Source: Terriglobia bacterium
Lineage (GTDB): Bacteria > Acidobacteriota > Polarisedimenticolia > Polarisedimenticolales > JAIQFR01
Reading direction: 5' to 3'
NCBI GenBank assembly: GCA_963748015.1
Contig: CAVVHE010000004.1
Span: 896,001-960,000, forward strand
Length of the DNA stretch: 64,000 bases
Position 1 is the stretch's first letter; every line of letters starts with the position of its first letter. Both the position numbers and the translations under genes were made by a program. The notes under the pieces are model-generated. The model was not told the DNA's origin, ran no database searches, and saw only the letters and a program-made list of their open reading frames with translations. Shown one piece after another: positions 11,777 through 21,726 of the stretch.

Positions 11777-12532
11777 ATGACCACCAAGAGCGGCAAGGGG
11801 AAGTCGTCTCCGGGCGCCAAGGGCGTCAAGTCGGCCGGAAAGGCTCCCGCGAAGACGCCCGCGAAGGCCGCGGCGCGGAGCCGGTCCGCAGCCCCGAAGA
11901 CGGCGAAGAAGCCTTCCAAACCCGCCGCGAAGGCGGTGGCAGCCAAGCCGGCGGCCCCGAAGGCCCCCGCGCGCCCACCGGCGTCTCCGGCGCGGAAGCC
12001 GAAGGTCAAGCGTCGTGCCCGGACCAAGGAGTTCGAGCGCTACCGGCCCATCCTGCTCGAGCGGCAGCGCGAGCTGCTGCAGGCGTACAACCTCTCCAAG
12101 GGGGATCGCAGGGTTCATCCGGACAGCGGCACCGAGGATTACATCGACTACGCCGTGAGCTCCTACGCCAAGGAGTTCCTGCTCTCGCTCGGGGAGATGG
12201 ACCGCAAGCAGCTCCTGCTCGTCAAGGAGGCCGTAGAGCGCCTCGATCGAGGAGAGTACGGATCCTGCCAGCAGTGCAGCGAGGACATCAGCCCCAAGCG
12301 GCTCGAGGTCGCGCCGTGGGCCCGCTACTGCCTCCGCTGCCAGGACCTCGAGGAACAGGGACTCCTTCCGCAGTACCCGTCCCGGCTCGATACCGACGAC
12401 GGGGACGACGAGGAAGGCGAGGAGGCCCCCGCGGCGGAGGTCGAGGAAGAGTTGGAGACCGAGGAAGTCGAGGAGCTCGAGGAAGAGCCTCTCGGCGAGA
12501 CGGAGGAGGACGCGGAGGAGGCAGACGAGTAA
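11777..12532 (+). CDS. DksA/TraR family C4 zinc-finger protein with K/A/P-rich N-terminal tail and acidic C-terminal tail
   Basis: Coiled-coil tip DYIDYA (DxxDxA) and YGSCQQC...RLEVAPWARYCLRCQ. Confidence 0.9.
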   Translation: MTTKSGKGKSSPGAKGVKSAGKAPAKTPAKAAARSRSAAPKTAKKPSKPAAKAVAAKPAAPKAPARPPASPARKPKVKRRARTKEFERYRPILLERQRELLQAYNLSKGDRRVHPDSGTEDYIDYAVSSYAKEFLLSLGEMDRKQLLLVKEAVERLDRGEYGSCQQCSEDISPKRLEVAPWARYCLRCQDLEEQGLLPQYPSRLDTDDGDDEEGEEAPAAEVEEELETEEVEELEEEPLGETEEDAEEADE

Positions 12533-12559
12533 CGCTGCAACCCCTCCGAGGGAGCGCTG

Positions 12560-14248
12560 GTGCGGATTCTGCTCGCCTACCGGTGCAGCAGGGAGGGGCG
12601 GTCGAGCGAGTTCGAACGGCTCCTGCCCGTCGGCCTCTGCTCCCTCGCGGCGTTCCTGCGCCGCCGCGGGCACGAAGCCGCCCTGGCCAACTACAGCGGC
12701 GCTTCTCGCGCGGAGATCGAGCGGCACCTCCTCTCGTCGCGCGCGGACCTCGTCGGGATCTCGACCTTCACTTTCAATCGCTCCGCGTCGTTCGAGCTGA
12801 CGCGCATCGTGCGGCGCCTGCTTCCCGGCGCTACGATCGTGGTGGGAGGGCCGCATGCGAGCCACCTCCCCACGACGATTCTCGAGCAGCATCCCGAGGT
12901 CGATTTCGTGGCGATCGGCGAGGGGGAGCACACCCTCGCGGAACTGGTGGATCGGATGGGGAGCGGACGGGGCGGCGCCGGCCTCCGGGGCCTCGCCTGG
13001 CGCGCGGACGGGGAAGCGGCCTCCGGAGGCTGGCCCGAGCCGATCCTGGATCTGGATACGCTCCCCCTCCCTTTCGAGGACCACGAGGGTCACGGCGTCG
13101 ATCCCCGCACCCAGTTCGCGATCCTGATCACGAGCCGGGGCTGCCCGGCGCGTTGCACGTTCTGCAACACCCCGGAATTCTGGGGAAACCGAATCCGGTT
13201 CCGCTCGGTGGACCACGTCCTGCGCGAGCTGCGCGCCCTGCGGGAGGACTACGGTCTCCTCGGGGTCTCCTTCCGGGACGACACGTTCACGGTGAGCCGC
13301 GACCGGATCCTCGATCTCTGCCGCCGCATGAGCGAGGAGGAGCTCGGGTTCCTCTGGAACTGCCAGTCCCGGGTCAACGCGGTGGACGAGGAACGTCTCG
13401 TCGCGATGCGGCGGGCGGGGTGCTCTCAGATCCAGTACGGCGTCGAGTCCGGTTCGCCCCGGATGCTCGAGCGGCTCGCCAAGGGGATTAGGGTCGAGCA
13501 GATCGAGAGCGCGGCCCGTGCCACCCGGCGGGCCGGGCTCGAGTTCTCGGTCTTCCTGATCACCGGTGCCGAGGGGGAGGAGGAAGAAGACCTCGCGGCG
13601 ACGGAGGCTCTTCTGAAGCGTATCCGGCCGCACGGCGCCGTGGTGTCGCCGCTCGCCGTCTTTCCCGGCACCGCGGTATGGGAGAGGTGGGGGCGGGGGC
13701 GCGGCCTGACCGACGCGGCCTGGGACGAGGGGCTTCCGGAGCAGGTCTTCGCGAGGGCGGGGGACGCTCGAGTGAAGGCCGCGGTCGAGAGAATCGGGCG
13801 GCTCGTCTCGCGCGAGGCGCCTCGGAACGCTTACGGTCTCGAGGACATCCGGGGGCAACGGCGCCTCGTCGGCGAATGCCACGCGGTGGATCTCGCGGAG
13901 GCCGATCTCCTCGAGCGCGCGGGAAGAGACGCGGACGCGGAGATCGTTCTGGAGCGGCTCGCCGCGAGGGAGCGGAGGAATCCGTGGGGTCCCCTGCGTC
14001 TCGCGCGACTTCACCTCCGCACGGGACGCCCCGGGGAAGCGGCCCCCAGGCTTCGCGAGGCAGCGGAGCTCGCTCCGAGGAACCCCGAGGTCCATTCCCT
14101 CCTGGGCGACGCGCTCAGGCACCTCCGGAAGAGGGTGGCGGCGGAAGAGGCCTACGGGCGCGCTCTCGCGCTCGAGCCCGCGCACGCCGCGGCACGCCGA
14201 GGGCTCTCGCGTCTCGCGCGGACGGCCGCCGGAGGCGCCCGGCCATGA
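12560..14248 (+). CDS. Cobalamin-binding radical SAM protein with C-terminal TPR repeats
   Basis: B12-binding-like N-domain (VVGGPHAS, GEGEHTL), TSRGCPARCTFC (CxxxCxxC), YGVESGS, and TPR-like helices (AAELAPRNPEVHSLLGDAL). Confidence 0.9.
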   Translation: MRILLAYRCSREGRSSEFERLLPVGLCSLAAFLRRRGHEAALANYSGASRAEIERHLLSSRADLVGISTFTFNRSASFELTRIVRRLLPGATIVVGGPHASHLPTTILEQHPEVDFVAIGEGEHTLAELVDRMGSGRGGAGLRGLAWRADGEAASGGWPEPILDLDTLPLPFEDHEGHGVDPRTQFAILITSRGCPARCTFCNTPEFWGNRIRFRSVDHVLRELRALREDYGLLGVSFRDDTFTVSRDRILDLCRRMSEEELGFLWNCQSRVNAVDEERLVAMRRAGCSQIQYGVESGSPRMLERLAKGIRVEQIESAARATRRAGLEFSVFLITGAEGEEEEDLAATEALLKRIRPHGAVVSPLAVFPGTAVWERWGRGRGLTDAAWDEGLPEQVFARAGDARVKAAVERIGRLVSREAPRNAYGLEDIRGQRRLVGECHAVDLAEADLLERAGRDADAEIVLERLAARERRNPWGPLRLARLHLRTGRPGEAAPRLREAAELAPRNPEVHSLLGDALRHLRKRVAAEEAYGRALALEPAHAAARRGLSRLARTAAGGARP

Positions 14249-15423
14249 AGGACAGGGCGGCCGCCCTCGAGGTCCGTGTGTCGCCGCGCGGCGCCAGGCG
14301 CCTCGCCTCCGGTCACCCATGGGTGTTCCGCGACGACGTCGCGCCCCCCGGCGGGGCCGGGAACGGCGATCTCCTCCGCGTCCTGTCGCCGCGCGGGGAA
14401 GCGCTCGGTTACGCGTTCTACTCCACGGATTCCAAGATCGCGCTTCGCGCGGTCCGGCGAGAGGACGAGCCTCCCGGCCGCTCGTTCTGGGAATCGAGGC
14501 TCGACGCCGCCCTCGAGTACCGGGGGCGGTTCGTGGCCGACGGCACAGCGCGGCGGCTTCTCTTCGGGGAGAGCGACGGATTCCCGGGAGTCGTCGCGGA
14601 CCTGTACGGCACCCACCTGATCGTGCAGGCGCTGACGGCGGGGGCCGAGCGGCTCCTCGGGGAGCTGCTCGATCTCGTCGCGGCTCGCATCCCGATCGAG
14701 TCGGTGCTCGCGCGAAACGACCCCGCGGTGCGGACGCTGGAGGGGCTGCCGCGCGAGGTACGGCAGCTTCGCGGGGAGACGCCTCCGGAGATCGAGGTGG
14801 TCGAGGGAGAGGTCCGCTACGTCGTGGACTGTTTCCACGGTCAGAAGACCGGGGCGTTCCTCGACCAGCGAGAGAACCGCTTCGCCGCGGCCCGATACGC
14901 CGGCGGACGCTGCCTCGACGTGTTTTGCTACCACGGCCTCTTCTCCCTGCACTCGGCGAGGCGAGGGGGCGAGGTGGAAGCGATCGACGTCTCTCGAGAC
15001 GCCATCTCGCGAGCGGAGGCCAACGCCAGAGCGAACGGCCTGTCGAATGTCCGGTTCGAGGTCGGGAACGCGTTCGATGCGCTCCGGGATCGCGACCGGC
15101 GCGGAGAACGTTACGATCTCGTGATCCTCGACCCGCCCGCGTTCGCGAAGAGCCGCTCCGACGTCAACGAGGCGCGGCGCGGTTACAAGGAAGTGAACCT
15201 CCGGGCCATGCGCCTGCTCCGGCGCGGCGGCGTGCTGGTGACGTCGTCCTGCTCGTACCACATGGGCGAGACGGTCTTCGTCGAGCTGCTGGCCGAGGCG
15301 GCCGCGGACGTGGGACGCCCGTTCCGGCTGGTCGAGACGAGGACCCAATCGAGGGATCACCCCGTGCGCCTCGGGTTTCCGGAAAGCCGGTACCTGAAGT
15401 GCGTGGTCCTCGGCCTGATGTGA
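14245..15423 (+). CDS. RlmI-like class I SAM-dependent rRNA methyltransferase (PUA domain)
   Basis: GHPWVF, GESDGFPG, GQKTGAFLDQRENR, VILDPPAF, SSCS, PESRYLK. Confidence 0.92.
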   Translation: MKDRAAALEVRVSPRGARRLASGHPWVFRDDVAPPGGAGNGDLLRVLSPRGEALGYAFYSTDSKIALRAVRREDEPPGRSFWESRLDAALEYRGRFVADGTARRLLFGESDGFPGVVADLYGTHLIVQALTAGAERLLGELLDLVAARIPIESVLARNDPAVRTLEGLPREVRQLRGETPPEIEVVEGEVRYVVDCFHGQKTGAFLDQRENRFAAARYAGGRCLDVFCYHGLFSLHSARRGGEVEAIDVSRDAISRAEANARANGLSNVRFEVGNAFDALRDRDRRGERYDLVILDPPAFAKSRSDVNEARRGYKEVNLRAMRLLRRGGVLVTSSCSYHMGETVFVELLAEAAADVGRPFRLVETRTQSRDHPVRLGFPESRYLKCVVLGLM

Positions 15424-15450
15424 GCGCGCCGTTCGGGAAAGACGGGGAGA

Positions 15451-15508
15451 GGAAAAGAGAAAGGCCCGCCGGAGGTTGCGGGGGGCAACAACAACCCTCC
15501 GGCGGGCC
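15451..15508 (-). terminator. Intrinsic terminator of the minus-strand sigma-fragment gene (possibly bidirectional)
   Basis: 13-bp stem GGCCCGCCGGAGG/CCTCCGGCGGGCC (15463-15475 / 15496-15508), followed on the minus strand by TTTCTCTTTTCC. Confidence 0.75.
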
Positions 15509-15526
15509 ACGAAAGCTGATGGAAGA

Positions 15527-15886
15527 TCAGGCGAACGAGAAACGCAGGTTCCCTCGATGCTGGAAGAGGTTCGCGCGGAGCTTGTCCTTCGCCTCGCGCT
15601 CGAGCTGCCGCACTCGCTCCCTGCTGAGGTTCAAGCTCTTACCGATCTCCTCGAGCGTCAGTTCCTTTCCGCCGAGGAGACCGAAACGGTTCCGGATGAT
15701 GTGGAGCTCGCGCTCGTCGAGGCTCACCAGCGCCCGTTGGACGAGGAAGCTGACTTCCTTCGTGTACAACTTCTCTTCCTGGCTGTCGCTCTTGGGATCC
15801 GCCAGGAGAGCTCCCAGCCTGCACTCTTCCTCGTGATCCACGTAATCGTCGATCGAGAGCTCTTTTTGCAGCAGCGGGATGAACAT
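15527..15886 (-). CDS. Stand-alone sigma70 region 3.2-4 protein (119 aa)
   Basis: LSIDDYVDHEEECRLGALLAD (region 3.2) and LDERELHIIRNRFGL...TLEEIGKSLNLSRERVRQLE (region 4 HTH). SD AAGGAG just upstream of the ATG at 15886. In-frame TAA at 15950-15952 upstream. Confidence 0.88.
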   Translation of the reverse strand: MFIPLLQKELSIDDYVDHEEECRLGALLADPKSDSQEEKLYTKEVSFLVQRALVSLDERELHIIRNRFGLLGGKELTLEEIGKSLNLSRERVRQLEREAKDKLRANLFQHRGNLRFSFA

Positions 15887-15920
15887 CGTCGGCTCCTTCA
15901 ACCCCCACGCACCTTCGTAC

Positions 15921-15937
15921 AGCAACCCTCGTGCCTG
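15921..15937 (-). promoter_or_regulatory. sigma54 (-24/-12) promoter
   Basis: Minus strand reads CAGGCACG-AGGG-TTGCT versus consensus TGGCACG-N4-TTGCW, with correct GG/GC spacing. It sits about 35 nt upstream of the ATG. Confidence 0.8.
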
Positions 15938-15961
15938 TTCCGCGGCGGATTAGACACAAAT

Positions 15962-16005
15962 TAAGTCTTTTATTGACCCATAAGCCCTGTGATTGCAACA
16001 GCTTA
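15962..16005. promoter_or_regulatory. AT-rich tract with IHF-like sites
   Basis: AATAAAAGACTTA (minus, 15962-15974) has one mismatch to WATCAANNNNTTR. TTGCAACAGCTTA (plus, 15993-16005) has two mismatches. Confidence 0.5.
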
Positions 16006-16139
16006 CGCTATTGGCATTGCGCCCTATACCCTGTAGGCTTGGTAGGGAATCGAAAAACACCGTTCGGGCTACGCCGCGCTGGCATCCGGTGGGGCCGGAT
16101 GTGCAAAAATGGCGCGGCTGCGGGGGGAAGGGAGGGCCT

Positions 16140-17933
<1,794 letters not shown>

Positions 17934-17966
17934 GGAGCAGTCCGGCGGATCGGGTGGCGGATCGAG

Positions 17967-17995
17967 TTGACGGGGAGCGCGACTCCCCGTATATA
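17967..17995 (+). promoter_or_regulatory. sigma70-like promoter with a perfect inverted repeat in the spacer
   Basis: TTGACG-17-TATATA; ACGGGGAG-CGCGA-CTCCCCGT palindrome at 17970-17990. Confidence 0.5.
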
Positions 17996-18003
17996 GGGAC
18001 TCG

Positions 18004-18690
18004 ATGAGATCCTTCGCGATCTGGGTAGGATTTTTGTGCGCGTCCGTCGGGAGCTCTCTCGCCGGACAGCGGGTGATCTTCGACGACGGGCGCGCGCTCG
18101 CCGTCAGGAGTTGGGAGATCCGGGCGGGAGAGGCCGTGCTCGATCTCGAGGAAGGGGGCACCCTGAGAGTCCCCGCCGCGCGCATCGCCGGGCAGGAGTG
18201 GTCGCCCGACGCGGCCGTCCCGTCCCACCGCGCAACCGCGGAGCCGGCCGTCGCCCTCGCCGCCGAGCTGCGCCCGGGCGAGCGCTGGCGGGAGATCGCG
18301 GGTCCCTACGCGGAGCTGATCGACGGGGCGGCGAGGCGCAACGGGATCGATCCGGCCCTGCTCACGGCGGTGGTCAAGATCGAATCCAACTTCGACCCGT
18401 TCGCGGTGTCCTATCGCGGGGCCTGCGGCCTGGGCCAGCTCATCCCGGCGACGGCGCGGAGGTTCGAGACGAACGACGTCTTCGACCCCGGGCAAAACCT
18501 CGAGGGAAGCGCGCGGTACCTGCGCTGGCTCCTCGACCGCTTCGGCGGCCGGACGGACCTGGCGCTCGCGGGCTACAACGCGGGCGAGGGCGCGGTGGAC
18601 CGGTACGGCGCGATCCCTCCCTTCAGGGAGACCCTGTCCTACGTGGTGAAGGTCCTCGATCGAGCGACCCGCCTCGCGACCGAGCGCTGA
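18004..18690 (+). CDS. Lytic transglycosylase (SLT domain) with signal peptide
   Basis: AVVKIESNF (catalytic Glu), GACGLGQLIPATA, LALAGYNAGEGAV, PPFRETLSYV. Confidence 0.92.
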   Translation: MRSFAIWVGFLCASVGSSLAGQRVIFDDGRALAVRSWEIRAGEAVLDLEEGGTLRVPAARIAGQEWSPDAAVPSHRATAEPAVALAAELRPGERWREIAGPYAELIDGAARRNGIDPALLTAVVKIESNFDPFAVSYRGACGLGQLIPATARRFETNDVFDPGQNLEGSARYLRWLLDRFGGRTDLALAGYNAGEGAVDRYGAIPPFRETLSYVVKVLDRATRLATER

Positions 18691-18696
18691 TCCGGG

Positions 18697-20150
18697 CTAG
18701 GGACGATCCCTGTCGATCGTCCCGCGCAGGAGCCGCCGGATCGAGGGAAGAACCGGATCGGCCGCGAACGACGGGGCCGATCCCGATCCCTCGAGGATCC
18801 ACAGATTCCCCTCCTTGCTGAGCGTCGCGCGGGTAGGTCCCGAGCGCGCGAGCGCGCCCGGAGCGTCGCCGCCCACGATCCTCTCCCACTGCTCGGTGAG
18901 GGACGCCGAACGGCTCACCGCCCGCCACGATCCCCGCTCCAGGGCGGCGATCTCGTCCCGCAGGCCGGCCGTGGCACGCCGGGCCGGCGCTCGAAGCCGG
19001 TCGATCGCGTCCGCGATGTCGGCGCTTCGCAGAGCCAGCAACAGCAGCCCTCCGTCCACCGCGGCCGCGGGCTCGATCCCCGGGGAGCGGGAGCGCCTGG
19101 CCCAGGAGGCGATCGAGACGCCCCGGTAGGGATGCTCGCGAATCGCGCCGCTCAGGACCCCGAGCGCCGCGATGCGATTGAGCGCGCGTCGCGCCCGCTC
19201 GGGATCGGCCAGGTCGAGGGCCACGAAGAGGCGCGGCTCGGAGCCGTTTCCGGTCTCGACGAGCGCGGCGAGGCCGGGGCCCGCCAGGGCCGCCGCCATC
19301 TCCCTCCTGAGCGGGATCCCCAGGAACCTCTCCAGCTGCTCCAGCCTCGTCAGCGCCGGGATCCCGCCCGCCGGGGAATCCGCGCCGCCCGTCTCGGCGA
19401 GGCGACCCGGATCGAGGCGGAACCAGGCGATCGCCGCGGTCGCATCGGGAAGTGCCGCCCAGCCCCGGGCCTCGACCGTCACGGGGCCTGCCGGGTCGAG
19501 CAGGTCGAGAAGACAGCCGGCTCCGCACCGGATCTCCCAGCGCTCCCTCAAACGCCCGCGCTCGATCAGGAGCCGGCCGGCGGCTCTCTGCGGGAGCAGG
19601 GTTTCGAGCTCGGTGTGGGTCCCGGGAGCGGCTCCCCCCAGACGGCGCCGTCCAGCTCGACCTCGATCTCTCCCCGGCGAAGGGGAGGGCCGGGCCCCTT
19701 CCGAGGCGCGTCCCGGCGCGGGAGAAACGAGGCGTCGGAGGCGAGCAGGCTCCACGTCCCCTCGCGCCGCACGCGGGAGGAGGCCGAATCCGCGGCGGCC
19801 TCGGGACGCACGACGATCCAGCCCTTGCGATAGAGGCCCACGGCCGACGGCGCCGTGGGCGGGAGGGCGCTGAAGGGGCTCTGCAGGGACGGCCCCCAAC
19901 GAAGCTCCCGCCGGATCCTGTCGCTCATTGGAGTCCCGGTGAGCTGGCGATAGACGGGAGAATCGCCGAGAGCCGGAATCGTCGCGCCGAGATCCTCCCC
20001 CCGGACGCTGATCAGGAGCCCATGGCTCGGAAGGCGCGACCCGGGATCGGCGGGAGCGGCTCCTCGCTGCCGAAGCCACTCGGCGCCGGCCGCGGCGAGG
20101 ATTCCCGCGGCGAGCAGCGCCGCCACGGCAAGAAGGCCCTCGCGCTTCAC
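18697..20150 (-). CDS. Hypothetical membrane-anchored protein, possibly DUF3352-like (frameshift at C6 run 19634-19639)
   Basis: GTG start overlaps the upstream gene's stop; N-terminal hydrophobic helix. Two protein-like frames are joined by adding one G on the minus strand. Confidence 0.6.
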
Positions 20151-21622
20151 GGTGTTCCCCGGAAGGGAACCGTCAGGTGGAGCCAGGCGGCCTCCCTCTC
20201 GGCGAACCACGGAGCGTCGGCGGCACGCCGGTAGAGCTCGAGCGCGGCCGTTCGCTCGCCCGCTAGGTCGGCCGCGCGCCCCTCGAGCAGCAGGCAGGGC
20301 CCGAGCCAGGCCTTCGGAAGACGCGCGGAAGATCCCGCGCGAGAAAGGAGTGCGCGCGCCGTCGCCGCGCGCCCCACGAGGAGCGCGGCGCGACCGGCCA
20401 GCATCGCGGTGATCGGCTCGTCGGGGGTCTCGGAAGCGAGGGCCTCGAGCTGGTCGGCGGCGCGGGCCTGCTCGCCGGCGCGCTCGAGATCGAGGGACGG
20501 GAGGGCGGTCAACCAGGGATCCGGAGCGGGCTCCGACATCGTCGGACCGTGGGGCGCGGCCCCGAGGCCGAGAACCGCGGCCAGCTCGGGATACCAAGGG
20601 GGCGCCGCCGTGGCGGAGGCCGCGGACCGCGCGATCTCCGCTCCCTCCTTGCGCGCCTCGCGCGTTAGGGCAGAGCGGAGCGGGAGAAGGCGGTGAAGCC
20701 AGGAGAAGGCCAGATCGGGACGAAACATCGCCAGATCGGCCGCCGCCCGCCGCACGAGGAGATTCGCCACGACCGCGCGATCGGTTCTCGGCGATGCGGC
20801 GGCGATCGCGAGCGCCGTGTCGAGCTCGCCGGCGGCCTTCGCGGCATCTCCGAGCGCGATCCGAACGCGCGCCGCGCCGTCGAGCGCCACGACGGAGCGA
20901 GGAGCCGCCGCGGCCGTGAGGTCGGCCTCGGCGAGCGCACCGCCGTACTCTCGCTTCTTCCGGCTCGAGCGCACCCCGAGCAAGAACAGCCGCGCCTCGA
21001 GGGAAAAGGTCCGGCCCTCGCGCGCGGCACGATCCAGGGAGGCCATGCCGCGGTCGTGGTCGCCGGACAATCCCAGGAATGCCCCTAGCCCCTTGGCGAG
21101 CCCGGGAAGGGCGTCCCCCAGCACGTCCACGGTTCCGAGGCCGAAAAGGGCGTCGGCCGCGCCGGAATCGACGCGGTACGCCTCCGAGAGCGCACGGCGG
21201 GCGCGCCGAGCTTCCATCGCCGCGGCGACCGGCCGCTTCTCGCTCGCGCGAAGCTCGGCGAGGAACAGATGGGCGGTGCCGCTCAACAGGAGCGCCTCGG
21301 AGTCGCGCGGCACTTCCGCCAGGCGGGCCCCCGCAGAGGCCAGCGCGGCGTCGAGCCGCCCGTTGAAGGCCGTCCTGAGGTCCGCGTTTTCGCTGTCGTA
21401 GAGGAGGCGCCAGTAGAGAACGAACGCCCGGAGGAAATCGCGATCGGGTCCCGGAGGGAGCGCTCCACCGTCGCCCAGCGCCTCGTCGGCCTCGTCGAAG
21501 CGGCCGTCGTGAAGGAGGCGAAGGACCTGGGTCCGGGACTCGGCGCGGCCGTTTCCCTCCGCTCCCGCGGCGAAGCTCATCGATAGGAGCGCGAAGAGAG
21601 CAGCGAGGGCTCGGCGCAGCAC
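20147..21622 (-). CDS. Hypothetical secreted alpha-helical/TPR-like protein
   Basis: Signal-peptide-like N-terminus, Ala/Leu helical repeats (DALFGLG), coupled to the downstream gene. Confidence 0.7.
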   Translation of the reverse strand: MLRRALAALFALLSMSFAAGAEGNGRAESRTQVLRLLHDGRFDEADEALGDGGALPPGPDRDFLRAFVLYWRLLYDSENADLRTAFNGRLDAALASAGARLAEVPRDSEALLLSGTAHLFLAELRASEKRPVAAAMEARRARRALSEAYRVDSGAADALFGLGTVDVLGDALPGLAKGLGAFLGLSGDHDRGMASLDRAAREGRTFSLEARLFLLGVRSSRKKREYGGALAEADLTAAAAPRSVVALDGAARVRIALGDAAKAAGELDTALAIAAASPRTDRAVVANLLVRRAAADLAMFRPDLAFSWLHRLLPLRSALTREARKEGAEIARSAASATAAPPWYPELAAVLGLGAAPHGPTMSEPAPDPWLTALPSLDLERAGEQARAADQLEALASETPDEPITAMLAGRAALLVGRAATARALLSRAGSSARLPKAWLGPCLLLEGRAADLAGERTAALELYRRAADAPWFAEREAAWLHLTVPFRGTP

Positions 21623-21726
21623 GACTTCCCTTTCTCGGCGACGTACCTATATTGTATCGGTGACCATTATAGGGACCGTTTCGCCTCGCGGGGCGGCGAG
21701 TCCCCGGGCAGGAGACCGCAGAGGGG

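Noticed and set aside
8819..14320. 1833-aa minus-strand ORF, plus other long antisense or alternate-frame ORFs (e.g. 33538-36744, 44452-47334, 53012-55486, 10288-13491)
   Set aside because: Shadow ORFs of well-supported plus-strand genes. High GC and codon bias deplete stop codons, and the translations are low-complexity with no motifs.
15527..15925. Sigma fragment as a pseudogene remnant, or with its start at TTG 15925
   Set aside because: That TTG lies inside the -12 element of the sigma54 promoter, while ATG 15886 has a strong SD. No region-2 remnant is visible upstream and the expression signals are intact.
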